A stretch of DNA of 63,246 bases, filler included, from Olpidium bornovanus S191 (GCA_017911155.1; 30 parts of 30 records of this genome joined end to end with filler, not necessarily neighbours in it); one strand, 5' to 3'. Positions 35,810 through 48,107 are shown, numbered from the whole stretch's first letter. Numbers and translations: made by a program. The notes: generated by a model not told the origin, from the sequence alone.

Positions 35810-37585
35810 ATGTCACCGTCATCGTCAGAGCGGGAAGCGGCGGACAGCATCCGGCGTCCCACCCTTGCCAGCGCTGACACGGCGAGTTACAGCGCGTGCT
35901 CTGCTGAGTTCTGTCCCGTCGAAGGAGAGCTTTCCAGGTTTCTCGCCGTCGGGACCTACCAGCTTGCGAAGGGCAGCGCAACAGCTCAAGCAGGACGCGC
36001 CACAGTCGCGGAGGAACATGCAGACGAGGCGGGGAGGTTATCGGAGAGCGGGGAGCGGGATATGCTTAGCCCGCCCACCACGCGCTTGGGAAAGCTGCTG
36101 ATCTATGAAGTGAACTGCGGAAACGACGGCATCGGAACACCGAAGCTGTACGTCGTTGATTCATCGTCTCCTGATACAGTTCGAGGCTCAGTAACACGGG
36201 AGTCATTCAATTGCTAGGGAGGAACGGCAATCGATCGACACGCCGGCCATCCTTGACATGAAGTGGTAAGTACTTGTACGATTCGCGCTATTTCCATCTG
36301 CGGGTGAGTCTGTTTGCATTGCACCCTTATCGATATGCCGCCTACTATCTCTCGTTTTTTTGGACACGGCCTAAACGTTCTGGACGATACACGCGCAGGG
36401 CAAAACAAATCATACCCGGGGCACGACACCAGACCCTGGCGGTTGCGAACGCGGCCGCATCGGTAACTCTGTTTACACTTTGCCCCGAAGACGGCCAGCC
36501 TCCCCTTTTCCGTGATGAGGCGTCCTGCCGCGTCAACAACGAGGAAAAACTGTGCCTGTCATTGGACTGGGCAGACTTCCGGTGGGGCCGTTCTCTCGGC
36601 TGTATGGGGCTCTGGAATTGGCCATTCTCTCCGGATAATCCCGACTCTTGGTCTAACGTGCCGAACGCAACTTTAGGCACGCGTCTCCGGCGACCATTGT
36701 GGTCAGCCAGAGCGACGGATCGTTAGCGACGCTGCGGCTTGCAGAAGGCGGTCGGCTGGTGAAAGGCGATGCCTGGACCGCACACGGCTTCGAGGCCTGG
36801 ATAGCTGCGTTTGATCGCGCAAATTCGGCTCTCGTCTACTCAGGTGAGCACTTCATCAGTCTTCTTTAGTTTATACAAAAAGTTATGCGGGGCAAGGTAG
36901 GAACTCACCTCACTTTTCGGACCACGAAGGCGGTGATGATTGCAAGCTCAAAGGCTGGGATTTGCGCACGTCCTGCGCGACCCCCACTTTCGTAAGCCGT
37001 AGGTTCGTTCTTTTGTTTTCCATTTATGGTTCCCCTCCTGCGCTCGCTGATTACGTTTCTTCCTCTCTCCTGCCTGCCCGACAGGCACTCCATGGGCGTT
37101 ACGGCCATTGAGTCTAACTCGCTGGCGCCGAACCTTTTGGCCACAGGCAGCTACGACGAACACATACTGATTTGGGACCACCGCAGCCTCGCCGTGCCAC
37201 TGCATGACGTGGGGGCGGGTGGCGGGGTGTGGAGGTTGCGGTGGCACCCACGGAGGCCCGACGTGCTCCTCGCAGCTTGCATGCACGGGGGGTTGCGAGT
37301 TATCAGAGTGGGCGAAGGTTTCATTTTGGTGTTGTGTGCGCGTTTAGCTGCGTTAGCAATCATTGGTCCGTATGTGCGTAGGCTGACTGCGGACGCCCCG
37401 GCTCACGCCGCTTACTTCTGTCCCCGATAGCGTCATGCAGGATCTCATCCTCGTTCCTGGACCACCAATCCATGACGTACGGCGCGGACTGGAGCAGGGC
37501 CGTGCCGCGGGACGAAGGCTGCACGCTGGTTGGGAGCTGCTCGTTTTATGACCACGTTTTGCATTTGTGGTATGCGTTACCATGA
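35810..37585 (+). CDS. DPH7: Diphthine methyltransferase DPH7/RRT2 (WDR85), multi-exon WD40 protein
   Basis: LAVGTYQL, AILDMKW, LCLSLDW, AWIAAFD, YSGGDDCKLKGWDLR, LATGSYDE, GGGVWRLRWHP, LAACMHGG, SMTYGADW and SCSFYDHVLHLW in the expected order. Confidence 0.93.
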
Positions 37586-37983
37586 TCTGTCTTTATGTTT
37601 TCAACCGGAAAAAGTTCACTTTCAAATGCTTATGTATTTTTGTTGTCTGCCTGCCGGTATCCTCCTCTCTAAATCTCGCTTTTTACATTCTTTGCAACCG
37701 GNNNNNNNNNNNNNNNNNNNNNNNNNNNNNNNNNNNNNNNNNNNNTTAATTAATTAANNNNNNNNNNNNNNNNNNNNNNNNNNNNNNNNNNNNNNNNNNN
37801 NGAGGGAGCGGGGGAGAGGATTAAGGGCAACCCTGCTCTCGCCGGCATTATTCTTCGTCGACCCTGACCGCCAGATAGGACGCAGGAGTCAGATGGAGCG
37901 GCCGCGCGTTCCCCGCCTTTTCTCCTTTTTTTGTTGGTTTTTTTTTTTTTTTTTTTTTTTTGCGCGAGTCACCTTCTGCGCGC

Positions 37984-38896
37984 TCATTCCAGGTTTTGGT
38001 CTTGTGGGTCGTAATTCTCGTTGATTAGACGGTAAAAGTAGGAAGGCGGGTGGCCGCCGCTATTGCCGGGGGGGCGAGTGGTGGGGGGGTTAGAAAAAAT
38101 TTCGTTCGAGTGCACTGCGAAAAAAAAAAAAAAAAATTCGGCGAACGAAAAAAGCCGACGGACTCGACCACTCACAAATTCGTAATGAACAGGCTGACGT
38201 GTTCGGGCGGCACGTAGTCGCACAGCGGGTTGATGATGTCGACCTTGTCTATCAGGTTTCCTGTCGAACACACGGACAGAGGTTGTGCGCCCAGGGAACG
38301 GGCGCGGGGGGAAGAACCGGTTTCAGCGGCAAAAAGGGGGTGGGGCGCGCGCGCGGTGGAGGGCCCGCCGGCCCCCGCCTTACGATCCGCCAACAGCAAA
38401 AGCGGGCTTCGTTCGGGCTTCTCCCCGCGCACCCTCTGTGAAGCTCATGACGGCGTCCGGCGCGACCAAAGAGTTGTGCTGCTGGCCCTGGTCGTACGAG
38501 TACACGGGCGAAAGCTTGTACAGGCCGGTGCAGACGACGACGGGCGTCGAGTGCGCTCGCGCCGCAGCGGCGATCATGGCCGTGCCCGTCACCGCCATCA
38601 CCCCGCCGTTCGCGAGCACTGGGCGGCAAAACGAATGCGCGCAGAAAAATCTCAGAAAAAACGGCGCCGCCAATCGGCGCAGAAAGGAGGTAATGCCAGC
38701 GAGGGGCCGGAAGGGCGAGAGGGGAGAGCGAGAGAGAGAGAGAGAGGGAACGCGACGCGTTCCAAATCGTACCCGCATGGCAACCGAGGATGACCTTGTT
38801 GACGCGGCTCATCACGGCGAATATTGCCGAGTCGGTGATCAGCGTCACGTCTATCCCCTCGGCCGCTAAAGAAGCCGCAAGTTCCTGACCCTGGTA
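37984..38896 (-). CDS. GCD7: Translation initiation factor eIF2B beta subunit, 5' truncated
   Basis: [86 protein letters not shown]. Confidence 0.95.
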
Positions 38897-38996
38897 NNNN
38901 NNNNNNNNNNNNNNNNNNNNNNNNNNNNNNNNNNNNNNNNTTAATTAATTAANNNNNNNNNNNNNNNNNNNNNNNNNNNNNNNNNNNNNNNNNNNN

Positions 38997-39938
38997 AGCC
39001 ATGATCCCGAGAACCTTGACCTGCTTGATCTGTCCAGTGCGGCCAACGGCCTCGCCGATCTCAAGAACGTCGATGGGGTCGCAGTCTCCCTTAAGCTTCG
39101 TCTCCGCGTGCGTGCTCGCGGGGTCCTCCCAGGTCTGCAATTTTACGACGAAACCAGCGTAAACGGCGTGTAAGAGAGCAAAATAAAAATGGGGCGATCC
39201 CTGCTTGAAAACGTCCGAAACCGCACTCGGACCTGCGGGAAGGCGCCGTAGTTCCAGATGTAACCGTGATGCGGGACTGAACGCCGCGCGCCACAACGTA
39301 AGCCGCGGTTGGCTCGAAACGGGATTCCCCGCCCTCATCCCCGTTGGGACAAGAGGGGACCAAACTTCCGAGTCCGGCAATCGACGCATGCACGGCGAGG
39401 GTCTAATAGAACTCACAGCAGTTGCGGACATAGCGAAGTTTGCCCTTTTTGACGTCCTGCTTGATCGGGTTCATCGACTCCCCGGTGGCAATCTTCGGGA
39501 GCGCGGGGAATAGCGGAAGTGCAGCCGGTCAAAAAAAGAACGTGAACTGGACGCGTCGGGACGCCGAAGGGGAGGCTTGGGAAGTGTTCAAGTGTCTAAT
39601 CGTGGTTCCCCCGATTAGACACTTAAACACTTCTTAGGCCCCGTCCAGACGGGGATGGACGTCTTCGGGGAGGGGGGGGAAGGCTTCTCGGCGCAGAGCG
39701 GCGGGAGATGGGAAAAGATAGCATTCGATTAGACTAAATTATAAAATAATGTTGGGCACACCTCGAGCTTCGCGTTTGTCCAGCGCGGGATCTCGACGAC
39801 CATGTTGTAAACGTTCGTGTCGTTGCCCGGGTGGAGGGGGATGTCGTGGAAGGGCGACACGGGCGCCCCGTCCCTCTCGAAGAAAACCCTGTAGTCGAGC
39901 GAGTTCGGGGCCCCGACGTGACGAGTGGTGAAGGCCAT
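38997..39938 (-). CDS. IPP1: Family I soluble inorganic pyrophosphatase, 3' truncated; in-frame upstream ATG at 40223
   Basis: [42 protein letters not shown] and QTWEDP...[13 protein letters not shown]...[13 protein letters not shown]. Confidence 0.96.
39569..39642. repeat. Dispersed palindromic hairpin element, copy 2, inside an IPP1 intron
   Basis: Arms GAAGTGTTCAAGTGTCTAATCG (39581-39602) and CGATTAGACACTTAAACACTTC (39612-39633), 21 of 22 paired. Lies between the NAKLE and IATGESMNP exons. Confidence 0.85.
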
Positions 39939-41387
39939 CGCGGCGCGCCGGACAACGGCCGCGGCGCAGAGGGCAGCAGTGGTTGGTCGCGTGGTGTGGC
40001 CATGGTGGTGGCTCTTACGGAGGAAGGGGCGGGGCAGCGGGAGCGAAAGTGCGAGGCTGTTTTTTCGCGGCGCGGACGAGAAAAACAACGCCCGCGGGGG
40101 AACCGGGCGACGATGACTACCGGCCGAGAAGCACCACGAGAAGGCGGCGGCGGCCCGGGCCGTCGCCGTCGTCGGCGCCGCCAGGGCCGGTGGTATGACG
40201 AAAACAGACGACGCCAGCAGCATGCGTGCGCGCGCACGCGGGGTTCCGCAAGGGGGAGGTGGTTTTCCCTAGCCAACCTCGGTCGCAAATTCGAGCCGGT
40301 TCTCTTTTGTCTCTTGACGTCACGAGAGCTCTTATTCTCTCTCGAACACGTCACCCTTTGTAACATTCTCGATTGCATGACGCATTTTTGCCTGATAGTG
40401 AGACTATGGTATACACATAAGATCCTCAAGAGGCGGCAGGCTGTATTGGATGCCATAGGCAGCTTATCAAACAGATGGGCTCGTCAGATTTTGATCNNNN
40501 NNNNNNNNNNNNNNNNNNNNNNNNNNNNNNNNNNNNNNNNTTAATTAATTAANNNNNNNNNNNNNNNNNNNNNNNNNNNNNNNNNNNNNNNNNNNNTTTC
40601 GCTGTATCACCCCCCGACTGCCCCCGCACCCCACCGCACGCAAAAGCTCGGAGCCCCGCGTGGTCACCACGCGGGAAGGACCGGACGCACAGCGTCGACG
40701 GACGCGACGTCGAAGGACGGCTTTGCCGACGACCTGCCTTCCGCTCGACGTCGACAGACATAAATAGCGTCCCTTCCGCTCCGTAGTTCGACTTCGAACC
40801 TACTTTAAGTCAACTTAACTTAGCTTAACCTTTCCTTTCGACTGCACTTGCCAGCCCTCGTCACGTTACCTGTAGCTCCTTGCACAGACCTGACGAGGGA
40901 GAGGAATAGATGCTTAACCTTGCCGCAGTACAGATGCATCCTGGATCCCATGCGTGCGCCCGGGTTGTCAGCCACCCTTGCAGGGGCTAGCCCCTGTTAT
41001 ATGGGCTTCCGCGGCGTTTTACATCTAGGGCAGTGCCACCCTCTTGGTGCCCTCGGGAGTCAGGATCCCCATCCGGGTGGTTGCATTCTGGCCCCTGGCG
41101 CCAGCACCTGTGATTCGCGATTCCCCGTCCGGCCCTCGGGTAACGCGACCTCATTTGGCGCTTCTCTCGCTGTAGGGTTCTGAGGTCACGTAAGAGGCTG
41201 TCGCAGGAGAAATTTTTCCAACAGCAGTAAACCGGCTCACTTGCTTTTTCTTTCAATCGCGAAACGAGCTGACGATTGCGTTTGTAAACCATACAGGTAC
41301 AGCAACGATGGGTCTCGGGGGCCATTAGCGGGTAGACAACAGAAAGCAACTCTGGCCGACACCGGGTGACGAACGGGGGCGGCGGGT

Positions 41388-41418
<31 letters not shown>

Positions 41419-42953
41419 AAAAAAAAAAGGGTTCCAGCAGTCGCCGTTGCCCGCAATATCCGTGATGGCAAACCCTTCCGGTGTCGTGCTTCCCTCTGCG
41501 TTTGAACTTTTGTTGTGTCCTGTTGGGCTGGGTCGGGTTCGTGCGGGTTCATCACCCTGCGGGGCGGCCAGCGGGCTGGGTTGGGTTTTGTCGCCCTGCG
41601 GGTATGATTCCCCGAACTGTTCGGGTGGAGAAATAAAACTTGGATTTTGGCCGAGAACCCGATGCCGAAAATCCCATAAAAAATGTGCAGCGCCAAATCT
41701 GCACAAGAATGCAGCGCTCAACCTGGTTCCAAAAATCCCATAAAAGATGTAGAACGCTTAGTCCCGTATATACAGGGTAAAAAAAAGTAACGCTCGTTCT
41801 CATATTTAACCCCGGCACACTGTGCGGAAATGTTCCCAAACATCGTTACCCGGTCATTTCATCGACCCGCGCATCCGAAATTCAATCTCACTAGGAAGAT
41901 TGTATTTGAAGTATGTTGCACTTGCCTTAGACTGTGCACTGTGCGCGGGAAAACCCAACGGTCAGCAACTCTCACTTGCGACGAATTCAACCAGATCATC
42001 CAAAATTTGACCCCTAGGGAGATCAGATTTACGAGACGCCTCCATGGAGGGCTCCGTAGGCGCGCTCGCCGCCGGCCTCAAGGGTGGCCCAGCTCCTTTG
42101 GAATGTTTCCCTCCTCCCCACTGCTCTCCTGAGCACTCCTCAGCACGGCCGGGGGCCAGGCTGCCTCCCTCCTAATTCTTTCTGCCGCGGGATGGCCGGG
42201 GGCCGCGAATGGCGGCGGCAACGCCACACGCAGCGCCAGCGACGCCACACGGCTCGAACGACGGCAACGGCCAAGCCCGAGGACGAATGGGCTTGCGGGT
42301 CCAACGGCGTTTTCGGCCGCAGCAAGGTCGGTCGCAGTTGGATGATTGCGAGAGGGGATAGCCGGGATAGCCGGTCACGCTCTTTGCTTCGCTCGGAATT
42401 CTCTCAAGGAAAGGAGTTCCCCGTTACATTCGTTTTTCTTTTTCCTTTTTTTTTCTTTTCTTTTTTCTTCTTTTTCTTTTTCGGGAAGTGTTTGTGGGCG
42501 GCGCGGCCTCCCGCCCGGCGACGCGAGAGCTAGCTTTCCCCCGGAATGCGGAATGCTCCGCGGGGATGATCACGGGGAGGGGCTTCTCGCNNNNNNNNNN
42601 NNNNNNNNNNNNNNNNNNNNNNNNNNNNNNNNNNTTAATTAATTAANNNNNNNNNNNNNNNNNNNNNNNNNNNNNNNNNNNNNNNNNNNNCATGCGATGG
42701 TTTTTCAGCGAGTTGGTCAAATTCCCTGTAAAAATTCCACGCTGCACTTTCCTCAAATGATCTTGTAAGAATTTTCTCACAAACTTCAACAAAACCTCAG
42801 CCGTATCGCCATCAAAGCCCCTGTCGGATTCGGAAAGCAAATAGATTGAGACGACAATTCGGATGGCAAGTTGATTTGGAAGGCGGCGTCCAAGGTTGGT
42901 CCAGAGTACATACTGGAAACTCAAAATTGAAAGGCAAATGTTCAGATGGCAGC

Positions 42954-43077
42954 TATATTATTGATACTATGTATATTATATATAGTTATATATATTACTA
43001 TAAGTATTTGTATTACTAAATATATTAGTATAGGTATAGGTATATGTATTATATATATATATTTGTATTTATAAATT
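42954..43077. repeat. AT-rich low-complexity island (about 12% GC)
   Basis: 124 nt with only 3 C and about 12 G, TpA-dominated, in a GC-rich background. Confidence 0.85.
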
Positions 43078-44086
43078 CTGCTCGGGAATTCAGGCCAATA
43101 TAGAACAACGGGAGTAACCCCTCGGGCCATCGCCCAGGGAGCGCCCCGAGGTGTGACGAATTAAAATCAAACTGACTACAAAAATTATGCGGGAACACGC
43201 CGATAAAACCAAAAAGGCGCGTTATAACAAGAGCCCGTGGCGCTTTCTTTAACATCGAACGCGCCGCCCACCTTCCTGCCTTGTCCCTCCCCCATTCTCC
43301 CCCATGCTCCCTCATTCTCCCCTCCTCCCCTGCCCGCAAACACACACACACCACTTCCGCTCGCGCCGCTTTGCCCCGTTTTTCCCGTCGCGCGCGAGAT
43401 CCGCGTAAAACTTCTCCGCGCGGTTGACATCTCCCCCCCCCCCCATTCTCCCTTCCTCCTCCTCCACCTCCGCACTCCTCACAACTCCCCTCCATTCTTC
43501 TTCCCGCGCATAGGGCTCCAACTTCGCCGGCCGCGCTACGGCTCGCGTTATTCTTGTTTTCACGGCTTTTTCTTTTTTTTTTTGTTCGTGTGCGAAGGGG
43601 CGGCGAAATGTAGTCGGGGAGGGCGTTCTTCTCGAGCAACGACAAAAAAAAAAAAAACAGAAGAAATCGCGATTTGCGGCTCGCCGCGTGTCCGGCCCTG
43701 GAGTGCGCCGAGAGTCTGGTTTCGCAAACGGGAGCACGAACGCAAGCGAGCAAGTCAGAGGTGCCGTGACTTCCGAATTTCCCCCACCCCCATCCCCCAA
43801 GAACATCCCGATTTTCCGGCGAGGCCGGGGACGCGAGCGACGCATCGCGCACCTCGCGCTCAGGGAGGGTTTTGGAGGAGCTTCTTTCTCATGGNNNNNN
43901 NNNNNNNNNNNNNNNNNNNNNNNNNNNNNNNNNNNNNNTTAATTAATTAANNNNNNNNNNNNNNNNNNNNNNNNNNNNNNNNNNNNNNNNNNNNCGGGGA
44001 GGGGCGCACCGGCACTAACCTGGTTAGCGGCACGCGGGAAAAGGCGTGCATTCGAGTTCGCGCTTACGGCTCACGATTTAGCGCCC

Positions 44087-45128
44087 TCAGTTTGGCTTGT
44101 TCGGCTTGTTCCATGAGACTGCGGGCCTCGTTGAAGTCCATGATCTGGACAGCCGACTCGCGCCGGTAACTAGGCAACATGGTGGCCACGGGTGAGGTCG
44201 GCAAGGCAGCTGGGAGAATCGACGTCGAGTAGAGAAAAGATCGAGAGGGCCATCAAAGACACGCTTCTTTTGGCTGCGGCCATATGACGAGACGCGCGAA
44301 AATTCGAGACTCGAATCCATCGTGAGCGTCCGCCCCCAAAGGCAAAGGCGAAAAGTTACCAACCGTCGGTGGCTTCGGGCCGCTGCTTGGGCATAAACAG
44401 CGACGTCTCAGATGCCCTCCTGCTGGAACCGAGATAGGTCGAAGACATTTTACGATTGAACGACGGCTTCGCGGCCTTTTTCGCCCGGTCCTCAATGTAA
44501 CGCAGCCGGCGCCCGGAGTCCGGCGGTGGATGGGTGGCGAACGGCGCCTGACGCAACTCATCGGCTGCCGCCGACCCCGCGAGTAACTTGTCCACCAGGG
44601 AGCTGTCGAGGTAGGCGAAATCCGGAGGTATGCGGCTGCTGTCCGCGTGTTCCACTACGCGGTTTCAACAGCGCGTCCACGTAGAGGAAAAAAAAACCGG
44701 GCACTCTACGAAAACGTACACATGGCCGACGTTCGCTCCAACGTCGCTTTGAAGTTCGGATCGAACTCTTCCACCGTGGCGTTCAACCGGCCTGCGGTGT
44801 TACACGGCTTCAGCATGTTCGCCGTCAACCGCACCCATTCATCGTCGTCTGTGACGGCGACGTCAAAGAGCTGTTGACAGAGAATTTTTTTTTGTTACCG
44901 AAACAAATCAAAAAAAGGTCAGGACGTCTGATCACCGCCCCTTCCTGATTTGTCTTCCAAAACAACTGTTGTGCGATATTGGCCTGGCGGACAGAGAATA
45001 CTCCCGGACGGGGCCGATTTACCAGGACAGAAAGTTGTCCTGCCGTCCTGATCGTCGTCGAAAAATCTGCGTCCCGCTGCACATATCTAGCCGCGCGTTA
45101 TCCTCCGGCTGCGTCGCGCGCGTCTCGG

Positions 45129-45161
<33 letters not shown>

Positions 45162-45518
45162 GAGCGTCACGGGGCGCCTCGCCGCTTTCGAGCGTCGACG
45201 GGAGTCGTGGAGACGCACCTTGCGCGTCTCGCTCGCGATGTCCGCGTTCTCGGCGTGGCTCTTACCGAAGCACAGCGTCGCGAACAGGAGGTTCAGCTTT
45301 CCTCTCGGGTGCCAGTTGGACCAGCCCGCGGTCACGGCGGCGAGCAAGGGCGCGCTGATTTCGGACGCGAGCGCGACCGGAGCGGCCCACGCGTGGTGGC
45401 GGTGGAGGGGGTGCGCCGCGGGGCCGTCGCCCGCGGCTGCGGACATCGCGAGCCCCTGCCCGGAGCACAGGGGAACCCCGTCCAGCAACGCCTGCAGCCG
45501 CTCTGGATCCGACTCCAT
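44087..45518 (-). CDS. NELFA: Negative elongation factor A (NELF-A/WHSC2) homolog, 3' truncated
   Basis: Exon 45518-45219 (AWAAPVALASEISAPLL...KLNLLFATL), exon 44870-44720 (LFDVAVTDDDEWVRLTANML...GRLNA) and an exon from 44654 (IPPDFAYLDSSLVDKL) splice in frame and parallel human NELF-A WAPPSIASLL..KLKLLLGTL..DSDPWVLMVADIL..G.LN..LPLECQYLN. Confidence 0.78.
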
Positions 45519-46037
45519 CGGGAGCGAGCGTTTCCTCCCAAGGTCGCCCAGGTCGGCGGGCGGTTGCGTTTTCCCCCCTCCTCTTCGCCCCCTCCCGGGC
45601 GCTGCTTTCTCTCTCGTCGCCCTTTGGCGATTTTTTTTTTTTTTTTTTTTTTTTCGAGCGTCGGGTGCGGAGAGCCTCGTGACCCCGACCGACGAACACC
45701 CGAAATGGCTGCGATGGCAACGCCAACAACCTGCCTTCGCCGCAACCACCCGTTCTCCCCCCGCCTTGCGCGGAGGTGCGCCGCCGCCCCCGCGTTGCTG
45801 CCGTCGCGCCGCGACGGCCCTCTCCCGGGTGCAGCGTGCGTGGCGGTGTCGACGCCGCGTCGGTTCGTCCGCAGCAGGACCTTGGATACTCCGCACGCGG
45901 GACTGGTATGGCGCCAGCCGAACGAGCGCCGGAGGGGGGGTAAGAAAAGTTGCGGCAGCAGTGGCGCACTTTTTCTCTCACTCTTTCCCTCTCTCGGCGA
46001 GGCGTCAGCTCGTGTCGTTTCTTTTTGTTTCTCTTTT

Positions 46038-46079
<42 letters not shown>

Positions 46080-46231
46080 CTTTTTGTTTTTTTCTGCNNN
46101 NNNNNNNNNNNNNNNNNNNNNNNNNNNNNNNNNNNNNNNNNTTAATTAATTAANNNNNNNNNNNNNNNNNNNNNNNNNNNNNNNNNNNNNNNNNNNNCCA
46201 GAGCGCGCAGAACGACTAACCTGACCGGGCC

Positions 46232-47714
46232 TCAACGTACGTTGAGGGTCCCGAATCCCGCGCAGTTGCACGTGTTCAAAAACGGGCGGCGCCAAGAACC
46301 AACAAAAAAAAACGGCGGGGGGGGGCGAGGGCAAAGGAAGAAGGACCACAGCGGCATGGGAGGCGATAACCGGGGGGGAAAAAGCACGGACGATGCGACC
46401 CATCGTGGCCGAGGGATTTCTATTGACTGCGAGTCGCCGGCATTTCTAGTAACTTTCTGGCGAGAAAATCCTGCTTCATCCCGCGAGCCAGCGCGAAGGT
46501 GCGGCTTACGACGATCTGCTGCTTCCAAAAGGGCAGGGGAAGCACGAGTGATCCGATGAGATCGTGCAAATGCTGGTCGAAGTCTCCTTTTTTTTGCACG
46601 GCGGACAACAAAAAACAAAAGGAACAAAAGGGGTGGGGAAGGGAAGAGGGGTACGGGGTTCCCAAAAGGGTTTAGGAAAGGTGGTAAGTTTATTGATTCA
46701 GAGCTTTCTTCTTCCCCCTCAACCCTCTCCTCGCTGACGGGCGGAGCAGAGAAAGCTTTCTGTTTTGGAATCACGCAAGACTTACTTGACACCTTCGACC
46801 GGATGTGCTTTTGAATGGTTTCTAGAATCTCTTCGAGAGAAGGCTCCGTCCCGTTGGCTTCTGCAAGGCCCTCCTTTTTCGTCGAAAGCTTTTCCGGTTC
46901 GGCAGGAACGCCGGCCGGTGCCGCCTTCCCGCGGCTCTCCGGCCTCGCGTCGCCGCAGGTCGCTTTCGCCGCTTCCGCGGCATCCGCGTCGCTTGGCCGC
47001 TGCATCTGGGGTCTCGCGGTCAGCTTTTCCGGCGCCGGCGCCGCCCTCTTCGCGACTTCGGGACCGGCGGACGCTTCGCGTTTCGCCGGTACCAGCGGCG
47101 CCGGAGCCTTCGTCGCCGGCGCCGGAGGCTCGTAGTCATCGATATCCGATATGTCCTCCACGTCAACGTCGGCCCCGGAACTCGACGGGAAAGGCAGTTT
47201 CCTCGGGTCGGACAGTGGACCGCTTCCTCCTCCACCACCTCCGCCGCCGCCGCCGCCGTCGGACTCCATGATGCGCACGCCGGCCGCTTCCGTCTCCGTC
47301 GGACCCCATCGGTAATCCCCGTCGCCCTCGTCGTCCTCCGCGTTCCGCAGCATGAGTGGCGACACCCCGTCGACGTCGTCCGCGCCGTTGAGCTCCGACG
47401 GCTCCGGGTATTCCGCATCGGGCTCCCGCTTTGCCTCGGGCGTCCGCGGGTGGTGCGAAGCGAGGGAAGCGGCGAAGTCCATGCCGATGTCCTTGTGATC
47501 CCGCCGCGAATAGTACCTATTCTCGTCTTCTTTCACGCTCAGGAACGGCCCACCCGCCGCCGCCGCGGCGGCGGCGCCCGCGTCCGCAGCCTTCATGACG
47601 GGGCTCAGCGGAGGGATGGCTGTGAACCGGAAAGGGGCAGGCGCTTGAGTTCTCGTCCGCTTCGACGTGCGCCCGCGGAGCAGGTACAACTTCGGCGTCA
47701 AGGGATCGTCCGGC
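46232..47714 (-). CDS. Hypothetical low-complexity protein fragment (acidic, Ala/Pro-rich)
   Basis: Long open frame with GC3-rich codons. A probable donor after ...IQKHIRSK suggests the real exon ends near 46793. Confidence 0.55.
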
Positions 47715-48107
47715 NNNNNNNNNNNNNNNNNNNNNNNNNNNNNNNNNNNNNNNNNNNNTTAATTAATTAANNNNNNNNNNNNNNNNNNNNNNNNNNNNNN
47801 NNNNNNNNNNNNNNACCAATGAAGTACGATCACGCTCACCTGGCTCGGTAGGCTGAGTGCCCGCTGAGCGAGGAGGAGTGTTGTGAACCGAAAGAGTACG
47901 CTCTACGGTCACGTGATCAAAGATGCCAAGACCGGAGGGGAGCTCCCCCTGGAGCTCTTCCTCCCGCAGTCAAACGCAAACAACGGAGGGGAAAAGGAGA
48001 GAGGAAGGAAGACGGAAAGAAGAAAAGCCCCTTTTCCGCAACATTTTTACAACTGGCAGACGTCAAAAAAAACTTTTTCTTTCCTTCCTTCCTTCCTTCT
48101 TCCTGCA

